Source: a virus
Lineage: Duplodnaviria > Caudoviricetes
DNA: 64,000 nt
Virus record (IMG/VR): IMGVR_UViG_3300045283_000318
Coordinates: 1,399-65,398 of that record
Reading direction: 5' to 3' (one strand)
How positions within the stretch are numbered: position 1 is the stretch's first letter; each line of letters begins with the position of its first letter. A model generated the notes under the pieces. It was not told the DNA's origin, did no database searches, and saw nothing but the letters and a program-made list of their open reading frames with translations. The position numbers and the translations under genes were made by a program. Positions 17,390 through 25,800 of the stretch are shown here, piece after piece.

Positions 17390-17955
17390 CCGCGGTAACG
17401 CCTGAACAAAAAGTCAGAGCAGCTAAACGCGCTATGGCGCATTACTATGCGCACAAAGGAACACGCTACAGCATCACGCAAGAGCGTCTGAAGGAATTTT
17501 TGCATTATAATCCGAGCACCGGAGTGTTGAAATGGATCAAGCAAAAAGGGTCTAGAAAGCCAGGAGATATAGTAGCTACTGCTAACAACAGCGGTTACAT
17601 CCAATTGCGTTTTGATGGGTGCATCTATTTAGCGCAAAAAATAATTTATTTTTATATGACTGGCGAGTGGCCGCCACTAGATATAGATCACAAAAATAGA
17701 AACGGCTCAAGCAATCGTTGGAAAAATTTACGACTAGCAACTAAACCGCAAAACTTAGGAAACACGGGTAAGTGGAAAAACAATACTTCGGGATTTAAAG
17801 GTGTTTGTCGCGTGCACAACAGCAAACGCTTTCTTTGGCGCGCCGAAATATGCGTCGATGGAGTGCGATACCGTTTAGGGCACTTCGAAACGGCTAAAGC
17901 AGCGAGTAAAGCTTACAATAAAAAGGCGAAAGAGCTTCGCGGTGAATTCGCATGA
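17386..17955 (+). CDS. HNH-AP2 homing endonuclease
   Basis: YNPSTG; IDHKNRNGSSNRWKNLRLAT; NTSGFKGV..WRAEI..LGHF; AT-rich. Confidence 0.9.
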   Translation: MTAVTPEQKVRAAKRAMAHYYAHKGTRYSITQERLKEFLHYNPSTGVLKWIKQKGSRKPGDIVATANNSGYIQLRFDGCIYLAQKIIYFYMTGEWPPLDIDHKNRNGSSNRWKNLRLATKPQNLGNTGKWKNNTSGFKGVCRVHNSKRFLWRAEICVDGVRYRLGHFETAKAASKAYNKKAKELRGEFA

Positions 17956-19544
17956 GTTTCTGGATCGACGAGTCTAGAAATCTGATTGTGTACCCGGGCC
18001 AGCCCGGCGCGCTCGCGCAATACATCCCCGACCTCAAGCCGATCAATGGGTCGTACTTCGCATTTCCGAAGACGTTGGCGAATTTGCAGACGTCGGCTTA
18101 TTACAACTATCCAACGCCGCCGGTGGTGACTGATTCGACATACGACTTTCCGATCGCTCCGCCATTCAAGCCACTGCCTCACCAGAAGGTGATGACGAAC
18201 TTCAGTGTGCTGCACCGGCGCATGTTCAATCTGTCGGACATGGGGACGATGAAGACGATATCGACCCTGTGGGCCGCCGACTTCCTGATGAGGCAGCATG
18301 CTCCTGGAACATTTCGCGCTGTTGTGGTCGCCCCATTATCGACACTCGAACGGGTGTGGGCCAGTGCCATCTTCAAAAATTTCCTCGGCCGTCGCACGTT
18401 TGAAATCCTCCACGGCACTCCCGCTAAACGTTCGGAACTACTCGCTGCTGATGTTGACTTCTACATCATCAACTTCGACGGTGTCGGCACAGGCGCCCAC
18501 ACTCGACGAAAGTTCGAGATCGCCGGATTTTGTCGAGAGCTTCGAGATCGGGCAGACATACGTCTTGCCGTTATTGACGAGGCCAGCGCCTACAAGGACC
18601 CTGGAACTCTTCGGCACAAAATCGCCCGGGAAGTCCTCGGACATCGCGAATACCTCTGGCTTCTGACCGGCACGCCCACACCCAACGCCCCCACCGACGC
18701 CTACGGACTGGCGAAGCTGGTGAACAACGCCTTGGGCAAGTCCAAGACCGGGTTCAAGCTCGACACCATGTTCCAGGTACAGCCGAACTCGTTCAAGTGG
18801 GTACCGAAGAAGGACGGCTACGAGAAGGCCGCGGCGCTGCTATCGCCGTCGATCCGCTACGACCTCAAGGACGTGTGGAACGGGCCCGAATGCGTGACGC
18901 AGCAGCGGTCGGTCGAACTGACGCCAGACCAGTCGCGCATGATGAAGACGCTCAAGCGCGATTTGCAGGTGACGATGGGATCGGGCACCGCGGTGAGTGC
19001 CGTCAACGAGGCGGCCGCACGCCAGAAGTTCATCCAGATCTCGCTTGGCGCCGTTTACGACAGCGAGCACAAGGTGCACCATGCGGATGCCCGCCCACGT
19101 ATCCATGCCCTGCACGAGATCCTGGACGAGGCGCCTGGCAAGACCCTGATATTCGCCCCGCTGACGTCGGTGGTCGAGATGCTGAAGCGAGAGCTTCAAA
19201 GCAAGCGCAAGGTCGAGATCGTCAACGGCAACACCAGCCAGAAAGATCGATCCCGCATCTTCGCTGAGTTCCAGGAAGGCGACCTCGACGACATCATCGC
19301 TGATCCCGGCACCATGGCACACGGGCTTGACTTGTGGATGGCGCGGACCGTGATCTGGTACGGAACATCCGACAAAGCCGAGCTCTACGCGCAGGCCAAC
19401 CGCCGCGCGCACCGGCCCGGTCAGAAGTTTCCGGTCAACATTGTCCAGATCGTGTCGAACTCGTTGGAGATCGAGATTTTCCGGCGCCTCGAAAATAATC
19501 TGAGCCTGCAAGGATCGCTCTTGACAATCATCCAGAGTTCGTAG
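17952..19544 (+). CDS. SNF2/DEAD-like superfamily 2 helicase
   Basis: DMGTMKT, IDEA, LTGTP, HGLDL, QANRRAHRPGQ. Confidence 0.9.
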   Translation: MSFWIDESRNLIVYPGQPGALAQYIPDLKPINGSYFAFPKTLANLQTSAYYNYPTPPVVTDSTYDFPIAPPFKPLPHQKVMTNFSVLHRRMFNLSDMGTMKTISTLWAADFLMRQHAPGTFRAVVVAPLSTLERVWASAIFKNFLGRRTFEILHGTPAKRSELLAADVDFYIINFDGVGTGAHTRRKFEIAGFCRELRDRADIRLAVIDEASAYKDPGTLRHKIAREVLGHREYLWLLTGTPTPNAPTDAYGLAKLVNNALGKSKTGFKLDTMFQVQPNSFKWVPKKDGYEKAAALLSPSIRYDLKDVWNGPECVTQQRSVELTPDQSRMMKTLKRDLQVTMGSGTAVSAVNEAAARQKFIQISLGAVYDSEHKVHHADARPRIHALHEILDEAPGKTLIFAPLTSVVEMLKRELQSKRKVEIVNGNTSQKDRSRIFAEFQEGDLDDIIADPGTMAHGLDLWMARTVIWYGTSDKAELYAQANRRAHRPGQKFPVNIVQIVSNSLEIEIFRRLENNLSLQGSLLTIIQSS

Positions 19545-19563
19545 AAATTACGAACTGCGAAAC

Positions 19564-19771
19564 GTGCCGTGGTGGGAAGTTGAAAGCACCGAGGCGGTCA
19601 TGAACGTCGAAGCGAATCAGCCCACGCCCCGCTCACCCCGAGGGCAAGCCAGTATAAATATCGGGGAAGTGAACAATCGGTAGACGGGGTTGCGCCCGTC
19701 CGGCACTAACTAGGTAACACAGGAGCCCGCCATGAACCCGCCGGGGTGACAAAAGCCCCGGCATCATGGCG
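19564..19771 (+). ncRNA. Candidate structured RNA
   Basis: ORF-free gap with several nested GC stems (see findings). Confidence 0.45.
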
Positions 19772-19784
19772 CTAAGGACAAAGT

Positions 19785-20060
19785 ATGAAGCTTCGTACCG
19801 GACGATCCGAATACAAGATTGTTCCCGTCGGCCGGGTCGATCATGCGTTTATCGAAGGTAATCAATTGCACAATCAAATGTATGATTTGATGCTTCGTCA
19901 AATCGAATTACGAGACAGCGCGAACCTGGATTTTAGTTTTCAAGGTGTTCCAACGGTGTTTGCCATCAACCCGATCAAAAATACGATCAAATTCTGGCCG
20001 GCTCCTAACAAGCCGTATAAGGTCCGTGTCCGCTACCAGCCTCCCATGCAGGAATTTTGA
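19785..20060 (+). CDS. Small protein resembling a head-tail adaptor beta-domain
   Basis: GVPTVFAI...IKFWPAPNKPYKVRVRY. Confidence 0.55.
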   Translation: MKLRTGRSEYKIVPVGRVDHAFIEGNQLHNQMYDLMLRQIELRDSANLDFSFQGVPTVFAINPIKNTIKFWPAPNKPYKVRVRYQPPMQEF

Positions 20061-20566
20061 TGCCCCGCAAGAAACAAACCGTCGAGCAGATGGAAGAAGA
20101 GTACGGCACGACCGGCAAGCTGCCGCCCGCCGGCCACAACAACCCTCCCCCCGACCGCCCGACCGAATCGGACGAGCATCTGATCGCCGAGAACTTCAAG
20201 CTTGAGGACCTGATCAAGGCGGCGACCGCCAAGCTCGCGGAGTGGGCCGCCCCGCACAAGACCCGCATCAAGGCGATCGAAGACGAGCTGTTCCGGCGGC
20301 TGGCCGAGCGACAGGCCAACTCGACGCCCACGGATGCCGGCACCGCCTACATCTCCAACATCGTCAACTTCCCGATTGCCGATCGCATGGCAGTGCTGGA
20401 CTTCATGCTCGACAATTGGGATCAGCCCGACTGGGGCGGCGGGCAGATGATGACTTTTAACGTCACCAAGGACGCCGTGAAGCAGTACATGGACGCCCAC
20501 AATGGCCAACTGCCGCCCGGGCTCTCAATCACTCACTTCAGTCGCTTAAATATTAAGAGGAGCTAG
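20057..20566 (+). CDS. Conserved replication-module coiled-coil protein
   Basis: TDAGTAY and LPPGL motifs; position upstream of the SSB-like gene. Confidence 0.7.
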   Translation: MMPRKKQTVEQMEEEYGTTGKLPPAGHNNPPPDRPTESDEHLIAENFKLEDLIKAATAKLAEWAAPHKTRIKAIEDELFRRLAERQANSTPTDAGTAYISNIVNFPIADRMAVLDFMLDNWDQPDWGGGQMMTFNVTKDAVKQYMDAHNGQLPPGLSITHFSRLNIKRS

Positions 20567-20568
20567 GC

Positions 20569-20781
20569 ATGACCGATTCGGAAATGCTTGACTGGTTGGA
20601 AAAGAACGCGCGGAACAGTCTCACTGGCATATCTTTTGACTGGATTCCGAGCGTTGGAGGTGAACCGTTCGGATTTCGGTTCATGCGTCGGCATTTCATC
20701 GGCGGCACGCAGAAATCCCTGCGATCCGCAATAGAAGCGGCCCACATCGAGTACGACAACCCCCTCGTCAAACGGAGCTAA
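20569..20781 (+). CDS. Hypothetical protein
   Basis: DSEMLDWLE...LRSAIEAA; GAGGAG RBS. Confidence 0.65.
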   Translation: MTDSEMLDWLEKNARNSLTGISFDWIPSVGGEPFGFRFMRRHFIGGTQKSLRSAIEAAHIEYDNPLVKRS

Positions 20782-20785
20782 GCCT

Positions 20786-22162
20786 TTGTCTCAGAACCAA
20801 CTTCCGACGTATTTGCAAGCTTACCAGGCCCCCGACATCGGCACCGCCCTGTCGGCCAATCTCGGCTCGGCGATGCCCCCGCACGTCTCGATCGGCGGCG
20901 GTCGCTTCACCCTGGTCGACGCCTCGAACAATGAGATCCCGGTCCCGACCTTCGACCCGCAGATCGGTGTGTACCTGGACTGCGCGATCATCGACGTCAA
21001 CCACGTGATGTCGCGCATCTATTTCGGCGGTGCTTACGACCCGCAGGCCGATGGCGTGCGTCCCGACTGCTTCTCGGACAACGGCGTCGGCCCGTCTGTC
21101 TCGGCGTCTTCGCCACAAGCGTCGACCTGCGCGGTCTGCCCGCGCGCCGAGTGGACCAAGATCAACAACAACGGCAAGAAGGTCCCCTGGTGCTCACAGA
21201 AGCAGAAGGTGGCGGTGATCGTGCCGGGCTTCCCGACCCTGTTCCTGCTGGCGGTGCCGCCGAACTCGCACAGCTTCCTCCGCGAGTACGTGGAGATGTG
21301 CAAGGGCAACGGCGCCAACATCGTCAATCTGATCACCCGCATCTCGTTCGTGCCGGGCGTCCAGGGGACTTTGCAGTTCAAGGCGGTTTCCTACATCGAC
21401 GAGCCGACCGCCCAGCTGCGGCAGGCGGCCTACGCCGAGAAGAAGACCGACGCCCTGGTGGGGCGGAACGACGTGGCGCGGCCGGCCGGCATGGTCGCGG
21501 CACCGGTTCAGCAGGCCCAGATCGCGCCGCCGGCGCAATATCCTCCTGACGGATACGTACATCAGGGGCAGCCTGTGCCGTCACAGCAAGCGTTCCAACA
21601 GATTCAGTATCCCGTGCAACAGAACACCCAATGGCCCCAAGGACAGGTCCAGCAGCCCGGCCCTTTCGTCTCGGCGACCCCTGCCCCGGCTGCGGCACAA
21701 CAGCATACGATGCAGACTACCCCCCAAGGTTCGCCCCAGTGGCCAAATCCTTCGGGCATGTCGACGACTCAGAATACTGCCGTCCCCGGTGGTATTGCTT
21801 CCACTGCATCCCCTTCTGACCAACCCGCCCATGGCCGCCGGCGGCGCAGGACGGCCGCGGAGATGCAGGCGGCTCAACAGCCCGCGCAGGGACCGAACGG
21901 CACTCAGGCGCCTGCCGGCGCGCCACAGGCCCCCTTCCCGCATCCGGGGCAGCAGGTGCAGCAGCCCGGCCCTTTCATGCAAGCCGGTACGGCACCTGCT
22001 GGCGGTGCGGCTATGAGTCAGCCCTCCTCGACCGGGGTTGCCCTCTCTGCGGGGAACCAGGGCCAGCAGGCTGATATGGGCTTCGGGATCGCCGAGGGCC
22101 AGCTGGCGGCCGCCAATCCGGAGCTTGCCGGCATGCTCGACGACTTCTTCAAGCAGGGGTGA
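20786..22162 (+). CDS. Putative ssDNA-binding/annealing protein with long Q/P-rich tail
   Basis: ISIGGGRF-like start, PDCFSDNG..P, CAVCP..C, acidic/aromatic end LDDFF; replication context; TTG start. Confidence 0.65.
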   Translation: MSQNQLPTYLQAYQAPDIGTALSANLGSAMPPHVSIGGGRFTLVDASNNEIPVPTFDPQIGVYLDCAIIDVNHVMSRIYFGGAYDPQADGVRPDCFSDNGVGPSVSASSPQASTCAVCPRAEWTKINNNGKKVPWCSQKQKVAVIVPGFPTLFLLAVPPNSHSFLREYVEMCKGNGANIVNLITRISFVPGVQGTLQFKAVSYIDEPTAQLRQAAYAEKKTDALVGRNDVARPAGMVAAPVQQAQIAPPAQYPPDGYVHQGQPVPSQQAFQQIQYPVQQNTQWPQGQVQQPGPFVSATPAPAAAQQHTMQTTPQGSPQWPNPSGMSTTQNTAVPGGIASTASPSDQPAHGRRRRRTAAEMQAAQQPAQGPNGTQAPAGAPQAPFPHPGQQVQQPGPFMQAGTAPAGGAAMSQPSSTGVALSAGNQGQQADMGFGIAEGQLAAANPELAGMLDDFFKQG

Positions 22163-22165
22163 TCC

Positions 22166-22351
22166 ATGACCCTGCAGAAGCGCTTGCAGCGCATCATGAA
22201 ACGACGAGGCTGGCGGGTGGCCGACCTCGCCCGCGAGCTCGATGAGCCTTACACGACCGTTCGCGAGTGGGTTTTGAAAGGACGGATTCCCGGCGGTCCG
22301 GTGGGGGTCAAGATCAAGCAAGCCCTTAGCCACTTGGACTTTCGCTCATGA
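22166..22351 (+). CDS. Cro-like HTH protein
   Basis: VADLARELDEPYTTVREWV. Confidence 0.7.
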   Translation: MTLQKRLQRIMKRRGWRVADLARELDEPYTTVREWVLKGRIPGGPVGVKIKQALSHLDFRS

Positions 22352-22542
22352 CAAACACCCTCGATAAGATCGCTCAGGCCATGATCGATTTCGATACGGA
22401 GCAGGGGCATATCGGCGTGGACGCGCCGGTGTGGGGGCGTTACCAGGGACTGGCTGGGGTCGCGCTGGAGGAAATCAGGAAGCGACTTGCCGGTACGGCT
22501 TGTGAGCTTGCTATCGAGTCCGTGCTCAAGGGGGAGTCGTAG
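22348..22542 (+). CDS. Hypothetical protein
   Basis: Coupled ORF. Confidence 0.55.
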   Translation: MTNTLDKIAQAMIDFDTEQGHIGVDAPVWGRYQGLAGVALEEIRKRLAGTACELAIESVLKGES

Positions 22543-22570
22543 GTACTTGTTTTACGGCAAGTTAAAGCAC

Positions 22571-22810
22571 ATGGCGAAGCAGGCAGCAGTTTTGTTCCGT
22601 AGAAAGGTCTACGTGGTCGGGCCGAACCACAAAGACGCGATCGACGCAGCGTTCGCCAAGTTCACCGAGCACCAGGCGCATCGCGTGACACTTCGAATCA
22701 TGGACGGCAAGGAAGACATCGTTTTTGGGTTCGCTTACATTGATGGGACGGACTTCAAGCCGTCCGACATGCAATCGGCGCGAAAGCGCATGTACGGATT
22801 TAATCCTTAA
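22571..22810 (+). CDS. Hypothetical protein
   Basis: ORF in rightward string. Confidence 0.55.
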   Translation: MAKQAAVLFRRKVYVVGPNHKDAIDAAFAKFTEHQAHRVTLRIMDGKEDIVFGFAYIDGTDFKPSDMQSARKRMYGFNP

Positions 22811-22831
22811 CGCGTCGAAAAGGGAATCACA

Positions 22832-23005
22832 ATGCTTGTACATATTTACGATCGCACGCCAGGCCAGCATACGAAGATAGGCGAGGCAAAGATGGATGCC
22901 ATTCCTCGCGAAGGCGATACCTGCTTAGTCAATGACGAAACCAAGATCGTTCACTCGGTGATGTGGGATCTGACGAAAATGTCCGTCAGTCTCCTTCTTA
23001 GGTAG
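22832..23005 (+). CDS. Hypothetical protein (57 aa)
   Basis: Read by eye; AAGGGA RBS; IPREGDT motif. Confidence 0.55.
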   Translation: MLVHIYDRTPGQHTKIGEAKMDAIPREGDTCLVNDETKIVHSVMWDLTKMSVSLLLR

Positions 23006-23014
23006 CAACAGAAC

Positions 23015-23272
23015 ATGGCCAAACAAACCGAAGTCCAGAAGCTGAAAGCTGAGATTGCGGTGCTCCGTGATCTGCTAGAGACAGCCTATCGGGAAGCGGA
23101 CAAGGCTCGCGCCGAAAGCGAAAAGGCTGACGACGAAGCTATCGAGCTGAAGCACGAAATGCTGAAGCTTCGTGCACTTGGAACACAAGACGGTGTGGAT
23201 TTGGTCTGGCACTGGAAGCGGAAATACGACGCTCTCGCAGCTCGCAGTCATCAACAGTTAAAGGAACCATAG
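23015..23272 (+). CDS. Coiled-coil hypothetical protein
   Basis: ORF in string. Confidence 0.55.
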   Translation: MAKQTEVQKLKAEIAVLRDLLETAYREADKARAESEKADDEAIELKHEMLKLRALGTQDGVDLVWHWKRKYDALAARSHQQLKEP

Positions 23273-23274
23273 AA

Positions 23275-23478
23275 ATGATTGATACTGTGACCGTTGCGAT
23301 CACGCTGCCAATCAACGGAAGCGCGTTAGATCGCGCTCAAGCTATGGTCGCGGCAATATACCAAAACGGCGGCGTGGGGGCCGTAGCGCTTGGGCAGTTA
23401 CTAGGCGACATGCGATCATACGTTGACCCGGTCGCCGCTACTTGGCCCCGTCAAGAAATCAGGTTCTTTGGCGAGTAG
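23275..23478 (+). CDS. Hypothetical protein
   Basis: AAGGA RBS. Confidence 0.5.
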   Translation: MIDTVTVAITLPINGSALDRAQAMVAAIYQNGGVGAVALGQLLGDMRSYVDPVAATWPRQEIRFFGE

Positions 23479-23507
23479 TTTTCCTTTGCATCACAGGAAC
23501 GCTGAAA

Positions 23508-23708
23508 ATGATCGACCACGACGAACCATATATCGCGCCATCATCTCGTGGCGTAGTAATAAAAAAGCGCGGCTTTTTCTATCGCCCAGAATGGCGGGGC
23601 TATACTTCATATGTTGAAGAAGCTGGCCGCTACGATCGCGAAGTTGCTAAACGACATGCGGCCAAAACTGAGGGCGTAACGGTCCACGAAATATATGAAT
23701 TTCTTTAA
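23508..23708 (+). CDS. Conserved phage hypothetical protein
   Basis: FYRPEWRGYT...AGRY..E.A motif. Confidence 0.65.
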   Translation: MIDHDEPYIAPSSRGVVIKKRGFFYRPEWRGYTSYVEEAGRYDREVAKRHAAKTEGVTVHEIYEFL

Positions 23709-23715
23709 TGAGCTA

Positions 23716-24159
23716 TTAATTCCGCGGATTCACGATCGCGTACCCCGATATCGATCGCGCGTGCAGGCGAGTCAGATGTCCGCCGCTGTTTGCATCGAAC
23801 GCCATCCACGTATCCCCGCCCAGCCACTGCTCGAGCACGAACACATGGTGGCGTCTCACGGCGGCCATCCCTGGTGCCGGCGTCGCGCGCGGGAAGCGGA
23901 ACCAGTTCGCCGCCAGCCACAGCGCCCGCACCGGCCGGCCGAACACCCTGACAGCGGCACCGCAACCACAAAACGCACGACGCGGGCAGCCGGCCGGGTG
24001 CTCCACGACGGTCGAAGGTGCCTGCGCCGCGCGCTGGACATGCCGATGGTGCCTCGCATGGTGGACGTGGTGGCGATGATGCCTGTGGTGATGGCGGGCT
24101 TCGGCGGGGCCTGAGATCAGGGCGCACAGGAACGCTGCGAGGGTCAGCAGGCACTTCAC
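23716..24159 (-). CDS. Secreted CHAP/NlpC-like protein, candidate endolysin
   Basis: Signal peptide, His-rich linker, FCGCG..., HVFV..., DANSG; end of lysis cluster. Confidence 0.55.
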   Translation of the reverse strand: MKCLLTLAAFLCALISGPAEARHHHRHHRHHVHHARHHRHVQRAAQAPSTVVEHPAGCPRRAFCGCGAAVRVFGRPVRALWLAANWFRFPRATPAPGMAAVRRHHVFVLEQWLGGDTWMAFDANSGGHLTRLHARSISGYAIVNPRN

Positions 24160-24338
24160 TTTTTCGAATCCTCGCCCTTCTTGAGGCCCGCCGCGAAGTT
24201 CTCTTTTGCGGTCGAATCCACAAGTGCGTCCTTCATGGAATTGGTGTTTTTCTCGGTTTTCCGTGCAATATAAGCGGTGTAAAGATTGAGCAAAGCCACG
24301 AAGACGAGAGCTGCAGTATTCCAGTCACTATGATCCAT
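24156..24338 (-). CDS. Small membrane protein
   Basis: One TM, then TNSMKDALV. Confidence 0.6.
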   Translation of the reverse strand: MDHSDWNTAALVFVALLNLYTAYIARKTEKNTNSMKDALVDSTAKENFAAGLKKGEDSKK

Positions 24339-24348
24339 GCCGCGATCC

Positions 24349-24639
24349 TCACGTCCCCGGAACTTTGCCGTGGCGATCGTACTCGCCATTCGGCTTGATG
24401 AACCCGCGCCAGTGACGCAATTCCTCGATGCGCCGATCGAGATCGGTCATCCGCTGGTCCTGCACCGCCAGCTGCGTGATGACGACTTCCAGCTTGTCGA
24501 TTTTAGCGCCCTGCGCCTTGACGTCATGTGCCAGCAATTTGAGCTCTCCTCGCATGGTCCACAGGAAGGCGAGGCCGCCCACGGTGAACACGACCAGGGT
24601 CAGAATATCCGTCCATCTGATCGTGGGGTCAATACTCAT
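24349..24639 (-). CDS. Membrane-anchored coiled-coil protein (lysis cluster)
   Basis: N-terminal TM then heptads. Confidence 0.65.
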   Translation of the reverse strand: MSIDPTIRWTDILTLVVFTVGGLAFLWTMRGELKLLAHDVKAQGAKIDKLEVVITQLAVQDQRMTDLDRRIEELRHWRGFIKPNGEYDRHGKVPGT

Positions 24640-24652
24640 TTACCACCGCGTT

Positions 24653-24862
24653 TCAAAGCGGCAGGTTGAAGTCGGTGATCATCTTGTCGAGGATGGTCTC
24701 GGTGTCGGCCAGCTGCTGGTCGGTTACGACTCCTGCCGAGGCGCCGGTCACTAGATCGGCAACGACCTTGACGGCGGGCGCGACGCTTTGCCCAACTGAT
24801 TCGAGCGTGGAAATGACGTTCAACCCCTTCGTCACAAGATCGAGAATTTTGACGATGTCCAT
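24653..24862 (-). CDS. Hypothetical protein (lysis cluster)
   Basis: GGAGG RBS; amphipathic helices. Confidence 0.65.
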   Translation of the reverse strand: MDIVKILDLVTKGLNVISTLESVGQSVAPAVKVVADLVTGASAGVVTDQQLADTETILDKMITDFNLPL

Positions 24863-24863
24863 G

Positions 24864-25265
24864 TCAGCCTCCGATAGGTGCGCCGCCGGCGGCAGCATGG
24901 GTCTTGATGGTGTCAACGAGATTGGCGAGGTTGTTGAAGACGGCGACCGCGTTGACCTGGTCGTTGGTCTTCACGAACGTGCGCAACTGCGTGAGATAAG
25001 GCGGGATCTGGCGTGTGTAGACCTGAACCGCGGTGATTTGCTGTTTGCATGACGCCGGGATCACACCTTGTACGCAGCTGGTGCGCCATGCGTTGAGTCC
25101 GGCGAATACCAGAGTAACGGCCGATTCCATCTGGTTGAGGCGAGTCGGCGTGACGGGGTTGGCGATAGACGTGGTGCCAATCGAGATGGCTGTCCCGAGA
25201 TTTTGGAGTGACGCACAGCCGCCGATCGACAGCATCAGGATGGCAGCGAGAACGAGCTTTTTCAT
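24864..25265 (-). CDS. Lipoprotein, possible spanin component
   Basis: MKKLVLAAILMLSIGGC lipobox-like signal. Confidence 0.7.
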   Translation of the reverse strand: MKKLVLAAILMLSIGGCASLQNLGTAISIGTTSIANPVTPTRLNQMESAVTLVFAGLNAWRTSCVQGVIPASCKQQITAVQVYTRQIPPYLTQLRTFVKTNDQVNAVAVFNNLANLVDTIKTHAAAGGAPIGG

Positions 25266-25630
25266 GACTTGACGACCTCGGTTGCCGCGGAAACAATCGC
25301 GGTCTTGGTTTCGGGGGAAATCGGGGTGTTGGGATCCTTGACAGCGGCAAGCACGGCGGGGGCCTGATTGGCCACCTTGGCACTGTTGCTGGCGAACTTG
25401 GCCATGATAACCCCGATGATCGGGAAAGCCACTACGGCGATCTGCCACAGCGAGGTGGCGCCGTGGACGACCTGACTCAGTCCGTTGAAGATCTCCCCGA
25501 TCGCGTCGGAAAACCCCTTTTGCTGGGAGGCCGACATCAGCCCGATGCCACCGATAAAACCGACAAGCGTACTGGCGTAGTTTCGTCCGGAAGCGAGAAG
25601 CCGCCCCACGGTCTCGGTGGATATGTTCAT
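25262..25630 (-). CDS. Putative holin
   Basis: Two hydrophobic segments; first gene after the tail fibre. Confidence 0.55.
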   Translation of the reverse strand: MNISTETVGRLLASGRNYASTLVGFIGGIGLMSASQQKGFSDAIGEIFNGLSQVVHGATSLWQIAVVAFPIIGVIMAKFASNSAKVANQAPAVLAAVKDPNTPISPETKTAIVSAATEVVKS

Positions 25631-25800
25631 CGCGTGATGCTCCCAGGGAACCCGCGACAATGTGGCACATTAGAACCGTGACGTCCACTCGGCGCAACAC
25701 CGTTCCAGGATACCGCTCAGAAGCACTGCGCCCGCACAGACACGTCCGCTGTCGCCATCTGTGCGCCTTCTCCGGTTGCGGGCATAAATAAAAGTCCCTT

